Of a stretch of 32,000 nucleotides of DNA, positions 1 to 8,324 are shown piece after piece (position 1 is the stretch's first letter; the number at the start of each line of letters is the position of its first letter). A program made the position numbers and the translations under genes. This stretch comes from Candidatus Saccharimonadota bacterium (GTDB lineage Bacteria > Pseudomonadota > Gammaproteobacteria > Enterobacterales > Enterobacteriaceae). Below the pieces are notes generated by a model, which saw nothing but the letters and a program-made list of their open reading frames with translations, made no database searches and had not been told where the DNA came from. The stretch spans positions 150,001-182,000 of the forward strand of contig NZ_CP046533.1 in the NCBI RefSeq assembly GCF_014857065.1. The letters run 5' to 3'.

Positions 1-1455
1 TTACCTTTAAAATCAGACTTAACAGAAATACAATTAGCCAAATTTGCAGTTAACAAATTTCGTTTTACCGGAATAGAAATTAAATGTTATCAACATCGTT
101 TTTATCCATACGGATCTACATTAACCCATGTTTTAGGTTATGTTGCTAAAATTAATAAAAATGATAAACAAAAATTAAATAAAGAAAAAAATTTAAATAA
201 TTATGTTGCAACTAAAAATATAGGTAAATTAGGTATAGAACGTTATTATGAAAAAATATTGCACGGAAAAATTGGATTTAAAAAAGTAGAAGTTAATAAT
301 CGTGGGCAAATAATTCGTAAATTGTATAAACAAGTGCCAGAGGCTGGAACAGATCTGGTGTTAACATTAGATATACATCTTCAACAATATGTTGAAAAAC
401 TTTTATTTGGCAATCGTGCTTCTGCCATTGTATTAGATCCAAGAGACGGAAGTATATTAGCATTAGTTTCACATCCTACTTATGACCCTAACTTATTCGT
501 ACACGGTATATCTATTAAAAATTATAATGATCTAATACAAAACAAAAATTGTCCGTTACTTAATCGTGCTATACGAGGAATATATCCTCCAGCATCAACA
601 GTTAAGCCTTATATTTTAATATCAGCCTTGACTTTAGGAGCTATCAATAAAAATTTTTCTTTTTTCGATAAAGGATGGTGGCAACTTCCAGGATCAAAAA
701 AACTTTATCGAGATTGGAAAAGAACAGGACATGGGCAACTTAATATAATTAATGCATTAGAAGAATCAGCAGATACTTTCTTTTATCAGATAGCTTATAA
801 TATGGGGATTGATAAATTATCGGAATGGATGTCCCAATTTGGATATGGTGAATACAGTGGTATCGATATATCCGAAGAAATCACAGGAGTTATGCCTACA
901 CGCACCTGGAAAATGAAAAAATTTAAACAACCATGGTATCAAGGTGACACTATTTCAGTAGGAATTGGCCAAGGATATTGGACTGCCACTCCAATACAAA
1001 TGTCCAAAGCCTTAATAACTTTAATCAATAATGGAGCAGTAAAAACACCTCATCTGTTAAACAATACAATTGGTAAATCTTCAATACGTTACCAAGAAAT
1101 TGAAAAAAAACAAATAGGGGATCCTAACTCTAAATATTGGAACATTGTTAAATCTGGAATGTTTGGTGCAGCTCATCATATCAATGGCACGGTATATCGC
1201 AGTTTTGCTAATTCATCTTATAAAACAGCTGTAAAATCTGGCACTGCTCAACTTTATAATTTAAAAATTCATGAAAATTATAATCCATTAATAGTTGCCC
1301 AACATCTTCGAGATCATAAACTTATAACTGCTTTTGCTCCATATAATAATCCTACATTAGCAATAGTAATTGTTTTAGAAAATGGAGGTAATAATAATTT
1401 AACGATAGGAACAATTACTAGATTAATATTTGACTATATGTTATTAAAAAAATAA
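1..1455 (+). CDS. mrdA: Penicillin-binding protein 2 (peptidoglycan D,D-transpeptidase MrdA). Partial: the 5' end lies outside the window.
   Basis: Frame 1 is open from nt 1, and the track's start at 259 is an internal TTG. Nt 1-258 translate to LPLKSDLTEIQLAKFAVNKFRFTGIEIKCYQHRFYPYGSTLTHVLGYV..., collinear with recalled E. coli PBP2. The transpeptidase motifs STVKP (SxxK), SAD (SxD/N) and KSGTA (KTG-type) are present. The gene is followed by rodA, as in the mrdAB operon. Confidence 0.95.
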   Translation, partial: LPLKSDLTEIQLAKFAVNKFRFTGIEIKCYQHRFYPYGSTLTHVLGYVAKINKNDKQKLNKEKNLNNYVATKNIGKLGIERYYEKILHGKIGFKKVEVNNRGQIIRKLYKQVPEAGTDLVLTLDIHLQQYVEKLLFGNRASAIVLDPRDGSILALVSHPTYDPNLFVHGISIKNYNDLIQNKNCPLLNRAIRGIYPPASTVKPYILISALTLGAINKNFSFFDKGWWQLPGSKKLYRDWKRTGHGQLNIINALEESADTFFYQIAYNMGIDKLSEWMSQFGYGEYSGIDISEEITGVMPTRTWKMKKFKQPWYQGDTISVGIGQGYWTATPIQMSKALITLINNGAVKTPHLLNNTIGKSSIRYQEIEKKQIGDPNSKYWNIVKSGMFGAAHHINGTVYRSFANSSYKTAVKSGTAQLYNLKIHENYNPLIVAQHLRDHKLITAFAPYNNPTLAIVIVLENGGNNNLTIGTITRLIFDYMLLKK

Positions 1456-1507
1456 ACAATTTTAACAGCGAATAAATTAAAAAAATATAAAATATCCAAA
1501 GTTAATT

Positions 1508-2611
1508 ATGGATCATGAATCATACAAAAGAACCTTTTCTAAAAAACTACATATAGATAGCATCTTACTTATTTTAATAAGTATACTATTAATTTATGGT
1601 ACTTTTATATTATGGAGCGCTAGCGGGCAAAATATTAAGATAATAGAAAATAGAATAATCCAAATAATTATTGGTTCATTTCTAATGTTTGGTTTAGCAC
1701 AAATACCTCCAAAATTCTATGAATCTTACTCTCCTTATTTATATATTTTTTGTATCATATTGTTAATTTTAGTGAACATATATGGAGAAGAAAGTAAGGG
1801 AGCACAACGTTGGTTAAATATTGGTTTAATTCGTTTTCAACCTTCAGAAATAACTAAAATAACAGTTCCATTAATAATAGCTTCTTACATTAATAAAAAT
1901 TATTACAGTTCTTCACTATCTTATAAAAATATCATTTTTGCAATAATACTAATTTTTATCCCTACTATATTCGTAATAATGGAACCAGATTTAGGTACTG
2001 CAATAATAATTGCTATTTCTGGATTATTTGTTTTATTTTTAGCTGGTATTTGTTGGAAATGGTTTATAACATTATTATCATTAATAGCATGTTCTATTCC
2101 AATATTATGGTTTTTTTTTATGCATGAATATCAAAAATATAGAGTACAAATTTTGTTCAATCCTGAAATAGATCCGTTGGGTTTAGGATATCATGTTATA
2201 CAATCAAAAATTGCTATAGGTTCAGGTGGATTAACTGGTAAAGGATGGTTGCATGGTACCCAATCACAATTAGAATTCTTACCTGAAGGACATACTGATT
2301 TTATTTTTTCAGTTATAGGTGAAGAATTAGGATTAATAGGGATACTAGCATTAGTTTTAATTTATTTAAAAATTATCACAAGAGGATTGTTTATCGCAAC
2401 TAAATCCAAAAACACTTTTGGACGTGTAGTAATTGCTAGTTTTATGTTCATCTTATTTATTTATGTCTTCATAAACATCAGTATGGCAGTAGGCATTTTA
2501 CCAGTGGTTGGTATACCTCTTCCTTTAGTAAGTCATGGTGGAACTTCATTAATAGCGCTAATGGCAAGTTTTGGTATTGTAATGTCTATGCATACACATC
2601 GTATAATGTAA
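1508..2611 (+). CDS. rodA: SEDS-family peptidoglycan glycosyltransferase RodA (MrdB)
   Basis: The gene has an ATG start and encodes a 367-aa polytopic membrane protein. It is collinear with recalled E. coli RodA (GAQRWL..RFQPSE, QSKIAIGSGGL.GKGW, HTDFIF, LPVVGIPLPLVSHGG). It lies directly downstream of mrdA. Confidence 0.95.
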   Translation: MDHESYKRTFSKKLHIDSILLILISILLIYGTFILWSASGQNIKIIENRIIQIIIGSFLMFGLAQIPPKFYESYSPYLYIFCIILLILVNIYGEESKGAQRWLNIGLIRFQPSEITKITVPLIIASYINKNYYSSSLSYKNIIFAIILIFIPTIFVIMEPDLGTAIIIAISGLFVLFLAGICWKWFITLLSLIACSIPILWFFFMHEYQKYRVQILFNPEIDPLGLGYHVIQSKIAIGSGGLTGKGWLHGTQSQLEFLPEGHTDFIFSVIGEELGLIGILALVLIYLKIITRGLFIATKSKNTFGRVVIASFMFILFIYVFINISMAVGILPVVGIPLPLVSHGGTSLIALMASFGIVMSMHTHRIM

Positions 2612-2667
2612 TCAAAAAATGAAATACCACGTTGTAATGAACAGTAATAAATGACGAAATAATGTTA

Positions 2668-3603
2668 TTATCTATTTTTTTTTATATTTACTACATATAA
2701 AATTCCTATAACCAAACAAAATACACCAAAAATAGTTAGCAATGAAGGCCATATTTGCCTATGAAGAAAAATATAAAATAAACCCGCTAAAGTTTCAAAT
2801 ATAATTACTGGCCCTATCAATACTGTTGGTAATCTTTGACTAGCTTCATTCCAACAAAAAGTGCCTAACCAAGAACAAAGTAACCCTATTACAATCATTA
2901 ATGGAACAAACATTTCAGGACGAGGACCTAAAGGTAATTTAAAATCAGTACTAATCAAACTTAAAATACAACAAGCTATAAAATAAGCAAAAATGGATAA
3001 AGGTAAAGTCACTATACCTTGAGCAATAACCCAAATAATTGGTTTATTATATGGATGTGTTTTAAGCCAAAAAGCATTCCGCAACGCATACCACGTCCAA
3101 CATGCAACGGCCATTATTGCCGAAATAATGCCCCTCAAATAAGACCAAATATTAATACTACTTAATTCAAGTATAAGTTCAGAAATATTAATAGATATTA
3201 AACCTAACAATACAAATATTAATGCTAAAAATATATTGCTTGAAGTTACTTTATTATTATTTGTATAAACAACATTATATACCATAGATATCATTATAGG
3301 CAATGTACCGATAATTATTGCCGAAACAGGAGCTCCCGCCTGTTGAATTGCATCTGTTAGACAAGTGTAATAAATAAAGTTTCCAATAAAAACTAATTTG
3401 ACGGCTTCAATCCAATCTTCACGTAATAATTTTCGTAATTGAGCACGATTATACCATGACAAAGGTAGTGACATTAAACCAAATGCAGCATATCTACCAG
3501 CAGACTGTAATACACTAGGATAATCTGGAACTAATAAAGGCCCAACAAAAATCAACCCCCATAACAAACCAGCAAATAAAGCGAAAACAAACCCTATTAA
3601 CAT
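2668..3603 (-). CDS. ytfF: DMT-superfamily (EamA-like) inner-membrane transporter, YtfF-like
   Basis: The gene has an ATG start and encodes 311 aa that are hydrophobic throughout, with about 10 predicted helices by eye. The N-terminus ALFAGLLWGLIFVGPLLVPDYPSVLQSAGRY and the block AGAPVSAIIIGTLP match my recollection of E. coli YtfF. The family assignment is firmer than the ortholog name. Confidence 0.7.
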   Translation of the reverse strand: MLIGFVFALFAGLLWGLIFVGPLLVPDYPSVLQSAGRYAAFGLMSLPLSWYNRAQLRKLLREDWIEAVKLVFIGNFIYYTCLTDAIQQAGAPVSAIIIGTLPIMISMVYNVVYTNNNKVTSSNIFLALIFVLLGLISINISELILELSSINIWSYLRGIISAIMAVACWTWYALRNAFWLKTHPYNKPIIWVIAQGIVTLPLSIFAYFIACCILSLISTDFKLPLGPRPEMFVPLMIVIGLLCSWLGTFCWNEASQRLPTVLIGPVIIFETLAGLFYIFLHRQIWPSLLTIFGVFCLVIGILYVVNIKKNR

Positions 3604-3974
3604 ATTCTATGTATATATTTTAAAAAAATTTTAATATACCTAACTCAAAAAATCGCAACAACAAGAAATGCACAAAATTACAAAACACCAAAAAATCTTT
3701 TAAAATTTCTTACTAAAACTAATTCAATTATAATTAAATATACCCGCAAATATAATTAATAATAATAAAATTTAAAACATACAGTTAATGATATTAAAAT
3801 TTAGTTTACTATTGATTTATACATAACCTCTAAACACTTAACTAATTATGAACACTAAATCAGTTATCTTAACTTAGAAAACAATACTGAAGGTATATTA
3901 GTATCAAATGTAACCCACCTATTATGGTCATGAAATATGGAACTAAAAGACCTCCTTGTTCTAAAAATATAAAA

Positions 3975-4048
3975 CGCGCCCTACAGGATTTGAACCTGTA
4001 ACCTACGGCTTAGAAGGCCGTTGCTCTATCCAACTGAGCTAAGAGCGC
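3975..4048 (-). tRNA. argU: tRNA-Arg (anticodon UCU, reads AGA). CCA is not encoded.
   Basis: The minus strand reads GCGCTCTTAGCTCAGTTGGATAGAGCAACGGCCTTCTAAGCCGTAGGTTACAGGTTCAAATCCTGTAGGGCGCG. It has a 7-bp acceptor stem (GCGCTCT/AGGGCGC with one G-U pair). The anticodon stem is ACGGC/GCCGT with loop CTTCTAA. The T-arm is CAGGTTCAAATCCTG. The sequence is close to recalled E. coli argU. It is followed by TTTT rather than CCA. Confidence 0.93.
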
Positions 4049-4071
4049 ACAAACTATACAAATATAAACGC

Positions 4072-4099
4072 ATTATACGTAAATAAAATATTACGTCAA
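4072..4099 (-). promoter_or_regulatory. Sigma70-type promoter for tRNA-Arg(UCU)
   Basis: The minus strand reads TTGACG (4099-4094), a 16-nt spacer, then TATAAT (4077-4072), followed by GCG. The -10 element ends 23 nt upstream of the mature tRNA 5' end. By a rough base-composition estimate, such a near-consensus pair is unlikely by chance even in this AT-rich DNA. Confidence 0.6.
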
Positions 4100-4220
4100 A
4101 TACATTTATATTTATTTTTATGTTTAAAATGTATTATATTTTAATTATTTTAAAACTTAATTCTAATAAGTTAATGTAACTTTAAAATATTATTTTAAAT
4201 AATGGATAAATCATTCATAA

Positions 4221-5072
4221 ATGAACGCGAAAATAATTGACGGCAAAAAAATTGCAAAAAAAATAAGAAACAAAGTTGCTGAACAAATAAAGGAAAGGTT
4301 GCGAATAGGAAAACGCGCCCCCGGTTTAGCAATGATTTTAATAGGAGAAAATCCCAGTTCTAAATTATATGTTATTAACAAACGCAAAGCATGTCAGGAA
4401 GTAGGCATAATTTCTTTTTTTTACTATTTACCTATAAGCATCGACGAAGCAGAACTATTAAAACTCATTGATACACTTAATATTGATAAACGTATAGATG
4501 GAATTTTAATACAATTACCATTACCCAATAAAATCAACCAAATAAATATTTTAGAAAGAATTTTACCAGCTAAAGACGTTGATGGTTTTCATCCTTATAA
4601 TATAGGTCGCCTATGTCAACGTGCACCTATTTTACGACCATGCACTCCTCAAGGAATAATTACGTTGTTAGAAATGTATCATATCAATATTTTATTTCTT
4701 AATGCAGTCATAATAGGTGCTTCAAATATAGTTGGCAGACCAATGATTCTAGAATTATTATTGGCTGGCTGCACAGTATCAATAACACATCGTTTTACTG
4801 ATAATTTGCAAAAATTTGTAAAGCACGCAGATTTATTAATAGTAGCAATAGGTAAAGCAAATTTTATTCCAGGTTTTTGGATTAAGAATGGTGCGATAGT
4901 AATAGACGTGGGAATTAATCGTTTAAAGACTGGCAAAGTAGTAGGTGATGTACATTTCGACAGTGCTTTTGAAAGAGCGTCTTATATAACTCCTGTACCT
5001 GGAGGAGTTGGCCCTATGACAGTAGCTATGCTTATTCAAAATACACTGCAAGCTTGCGAAAATCTATCATAA
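4221..5072 (+). CDS. folD: Bifunctional 5,10-methylene-tetrahydrofolate dehydrogenase / 5,10-methenyl-tetrahydrofolate cyclohydrolase
   Basis: The gene has an ATG start and encodes 283 aa, collinear with recalled E. coli FolD (KIIDGK, DGILVQLPLP-like [48 protein letters not shown]). Confidence 0.96.
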   Translation: MNAKIIDGKKIAKKIRNKVAEQIKERLRIGKRAPGLAMILIGENPSSKLYVINKRKACQEVGIISFFYYLPISIDEAELLKLIDTLNIDKRIDGILIQLPLPNKINQINILERILPAKDVDGFHPYNIGRLCQRAPILRPCTPQGIITLLEMYHINILFLNAVIIGASNIVGRPMILELLLAGCTVSITHRFTDNLQKFVKHADLLIVAIGKANFIPGFWIKNGAIVIDVGINRLKTGKVVGDVHFDSAFERASYITPVPGGVGPMTVAMLIQNTLQACENLS

Positions 5073-5144
5073 ATTATTATTCTAAAATAGTAATGAAATT
5101 AATTTTCATATTAATTATTTAATTATTTACGCATCTAAATCATA

Positions 5145-6536
5145 TCATTTACAACGCCAAGTAGTGCCATCAGTATTATCTTCTAGTATGATTCCCATAT
5201 TCGTTAATACATCGCGTATTTTATCGGCTAATATCCAATTTTTTTTCTTACGAGCATCATCACGACATTTAACTAATTTTAAAATCTGTTTAACAGAATA
5301 ATTCCTTTTAATTGATATATTTTTTAAGAAAAATTCTGCATCATAATATAACAAACCTAAAATATTTCCTAAATAACGTAATGTAGCTGCCATACCATGT
5401 ACTGTCGGTGAATTTTTAATTTTTAAATAATGTATTTCATGCGCTATAGCAAATAATATTGAATAGACTCCTGGAATATTAAAATCATCATTCATTTTAA
5501 TATTAAATTGTGATATAAAATGTTCTCCACCCATCGGCATAGCTGTAGTATCTGTATTACGTAAAGCTATGTATAATTTTGCCAAAATAGCGTGAGCTTT
5601 ATTAAAGCTATCCTCACAATACTTGATTGATTTACGATAATGAGTAGACAATAAAAAAAATCTGACTGTTTCAGGATTATATAATTTTAAAATATCCCGT
5701 ATAGTAAAAAAATTATTTAAAGATTTAGACATTTTCTCATGATTTACAATTATCAAACCTGAATGCATCCAAATATTTACACAAAATTCTTTATGAGCGC
5801 ATGTTGATTGAGCAAATTCATTTTCATGATGAGGAAATATTAAATCTGATCCACCACCGTGAATATCAATCTTATTTCCCAAAAAAATAGATTGCATAGC
5901 TGAACATTCGATATGCCAACCAGGACGACCACTACCCCATGGAGAATCCCATTGAAGCTCATTAAATTTAGACATTTTCCATAAAACAAAATCCATTGGA
6001 TTACGTTTTATATTTATACCTGTCGTATTAACATGCGTATAAATAGAATTTTTAAGTATTTTTTTATTAGATAAAGCACCATAATTTTTATAACTTTCTA
6101 GATCAAACATTACATCTCCATTAGACGCAATATACGCATGTCCTTTATTTAATAAAGTATTAATTAACTCAATAATTTTTTCTATACAACAAGTAACACG
6201 CGGTTCGTAATTAGGCTTTAATATACGCAAAGAGCTAAAATCATAATGCATTTCACGAATCATACGATTGATAAATGCTTCGTATGTTTCTTCACTGCTA
6301 GAAACCCGATGGATAATTTTATCGTCAATATCAGTAATATTGCGTATATAATTAACCTGATAACCAGAATAACGTAAATAACGTACTATAACATCAAATA
6401 TAATGAAAGTACGCCCATGTCCTATATGACATAAATCATAAACAGTTACTCCACACACATATATTTTTATTTTATTACAAGATATAGGTTTAAATGTTTC
6501 TTTTCTCCGCGTTAGAGTATTAAATATCTTTAGCAT
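5145..6536 (-). CDS. cysS: Cysteine--tRNA ligase
   Basis: The gene has an ATG start and encodes 463 aa. It carries the class I aaRS signatures HIGHGRT (HIGH) and KMSKS, and WDSPWGSGRPGWHIECS matches the CysRS zinc-binding/active-site region. Confidence 0.96.
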   Translation of the reverse strand: MLKIFNTLTRRKETFKPISCNKIKIYVCGVTVYDLCHIGHGRTFIIFDVIVRYLRYSGYQVNYIRNITDIDDKIIHRVSSSEETYEAFINRMIREMHYDFSSLRILKPNYEPRVTCCIEKIIELINTLLNKGHAYIASNGDVMFDLESYKNYGALSNKKILKNSIYTHVNTTGINIKRNPMDFVLWKMSKFNELQWDSPWGSGRPGWHIECSAMQSIFLGNKIDIHGGGSDLIFPHHENEFAQSTCAHKEFCVNIWMHSGLIIVNHEKMSKSLNNFFTIRDILKLYNPETVRFFLLSTHYRKSIKYCEDSFNKAHAILAKLYIALRNTDTTAMPMGGEHFISQFNIKMNDDFNIPGVYSILFAIAHEIHYLKIKNSPTVHGMAATLRYLGNILGLLYYDAEFFLKNISIKRNYSVKQILKLVKCRDDARKKKNWILADKIRDVLTNMGIILEDNTDGTTWRCK

Positions 6537-6857
6537 TATTCATTTAATTGTAATAAGTATGACATGAAAATATGATTATAATTTATTACAATTAAAATAC
6601 AAATCCTGATATCATTTTGCTTTATACACAAAAATAAAAGAAAAATTGAATATAATAATTAATTTGTTAATCTTAGTGTTTTATTTTAAATAAATAAAAC
6701 TTGAAATAAAAAGGTGTATAATTTATAAAATTTAATTGTTATTAAAATAATGGGCATCACATATGGTAGTTATTTAAACTAGTTTCACTAAAAAATATTA
6801 TGATCATTAAAAGTTCCTATAATTTTTGAAAATATTCACTGAATTTTTTAAAAAACG

Positions 6858-7571
6858 ATGCATACGTTATTCATAGCTGATGTTCATCTTTGTACTGATC
6901 AACCTGATATTACTAAAAATTTTTTAAATTTTCTAAGGAATAAAGCTGTTAATGCAAATGCATTATATATTTTAGGAGATTTATTCGAAAGTTGGATTGG
7001 AGATGATGCTATTAATTCTATGCATTTAAAAGTTGCTGCAGAACTAAAACAGTTAAATAATCGTTCCATACCTTGTTATTTCATTCATGGAAATCGTGAT
7101 TTCTTATTAGGACGTAATTATGCAAAAATTAGTGGAATAAAATTATTAAATGAACCACAAATTTTAGAGATATCAGGACACAGAATTATTATTCTTCATG
7201 GAGACTCTTTGTGTAATAATGACAAACGCTATCAGAATTTTAAAAAAAAAATTAGGCAAATATGGTTACAAAAATTATTTTTACTTATGCCTTTGTCAAT
7301 AAGAATTTATATTACAAAAATAATTAGAAATCGCAGTATACTAAATCATACCCATACATCAAAAACAACAGATCTGGATTTACAAAAAATATTGAGCCTA
7401 TTACTTAAATATCAAGCTACTATATTAATTCACGGACATACTCATAATCCAGCTATTTATAAAATGTACTACAAATCAAAAATTTTCTATCACGTAAATT
7501 TAGGCATGTGGAATAATTCTGGATCAATTGTTGAATTAAATAAATTTGGTTTATCTCTAATAAAATATTAA
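6858..7571 (+). CDS. lpxH: UDP-2,3-diacylglucosamine diphosphatase (lipid A biosynthesis)
   Basis: The gene has an ATG start and encodes 237 aa. It has the calcineurin-like metallophosphoesterase motifs FIADVHL, ILGDLFESWIGDD, HGNRD, HGD and HGHTH in LpxH order. It is divergent from cysS, as in E. coli, where ppiB lies between them. Confidence 0.92.
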   Translation: MHTLFIADVHLCTDQPDITKNFLNFLRNKAVNANALYILGDLFESWIGDDAINSMHLKVAAELKQLNNRSIPCYFIHGNRDFLLGRNYAKISGIKLLNEPQILEISGHRIIILHGDSLCNNDKRYQNFKKKIRQIWLQKLFLLMPLSIRIYITKIIRNRSILNHTHTSKTTDLDLQKILSLLLKYQATILIHGHTHNPAIYKMYYKSKIFYHVNLGMWNNSGSIVELNKFGLSLIKY

Positions 7572-7626
7572 TTAAAAATTATTTAAAACACATTTAACGA
7601 AGCTAATTTAAAATATAGACAAACAA

Positions 7627-8283
7627 TCATCTTAATCGTTGACTAAAAATATTTACTAATTCTAAATTAATGTCATTAATATTACGATTTGCATCAATTT
7701 TAAAATATAGCGCATTATTCATATAAGATCGTTTAGAATAAAATTCTATTATAGAAACAATGTTCTTATGATATTCTCTTAAGCGTTTATGCACAATATT
7801 TTTCTCGTCATCTTTCCTAATAACTAACTGTTCTCCAGTAATATCATCAAGATCATTATATTTAGGAGGTTTAAATTTAGTATGATAGATACGACCAGAA
7901 GGTACATGTATTCTACGACCGACTGTACGTTCAATAATCAACGCATCTGATAAAACAAATTCTAAAATAATATCAATTAATATACCTTTATTTTTCATGG
8001 CAATAGCCTGCCCTATAGTACGAGGGACACCATCTAACAAAAATTTATTGCGATAATTATTATAATTAATATAATTTTCAACTATATCTATTATTAATGA
8101 ATCAGGTAATAATCGGCCAAAATTTATAAATTTTTTAATCTTTAAACATAGATCAGATTTTTTTTGTACGATATTACGTAGTATTTCTCCCATAGAGATT
8201 AAAGGAATTCCGTATCTATCTGTAAGAAATTTAGCTTGAGTACCTTTACCTGACCCAGGAGCTCCTAATAAAATAATGCGCAT
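7627..8283 (-). CDS. adk: Adenylate kinase
   Basis: The gene has an ATG start and encodes 218 aa, with the P-loop MRIILLGAPGSGKGTQ, LLDGVPRT and GRRIH.PSGR.YH. It is collinear with recalled E. coli Adk. Confidence 0.96.
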   Translation of the reverse strand: MRIILLGAPGSGKGTQAKFLTDRYGIPLISMGEILRNIVQKKSDLCLKIKKFINFGRLLPDSLIIDIVENYINYNNYRNKFLLDGVPRTIGQAIAMKNKGILIDIILEFVLSDALIIERTVGRRIHVPSGRIYHTKFKPPKYNDLDDITGEQLVIRKDDEKNIVHKRLREYHKNIVSIIEFYSKRSYMNNALYFKIDANRNINDINLELVNIFSQRLR

Positions 8284-8324
8284 CTATTTAAACCTTATAA
8301 TTATTTAATAATTACTTGTTAATA

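Noticed and set aside
3927-3957. Perfect SD-like AAGGAGGT on the minus strand (plus coordinates 3950-3957) downstream of the tRNA, followed by a 20-codon ORF (MTIIGGLHLILIYLQYCFLS)
   Set aside because: The ATG is 18 nt from the SD (gap 3949-3932), which is too far. The ORF is tiny with no homology. The element may be a relic RBS of a lost gene or a chance match. Evidence is insufficient to call a gene.
4679-4936. 85-aa ORF on the minus strand inside folD
   Set aside because: It lies entirely antisense to the well-conserved folD. It has no recognisable motifs, and a product this hydrophobic and rich in I/K/F is what the reverse strand of an AT-rich gene yields.
5093-5109. Hairpin ATGAAA-TTAAT-TTTCAT between the convergent folD and cysS genes, as a possible bidirectional terminator
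   Set aside because: The stem is only 6 bp with a single G-C pair and no clear flanking T-run. That is too weak to call in AT-rich DNA.
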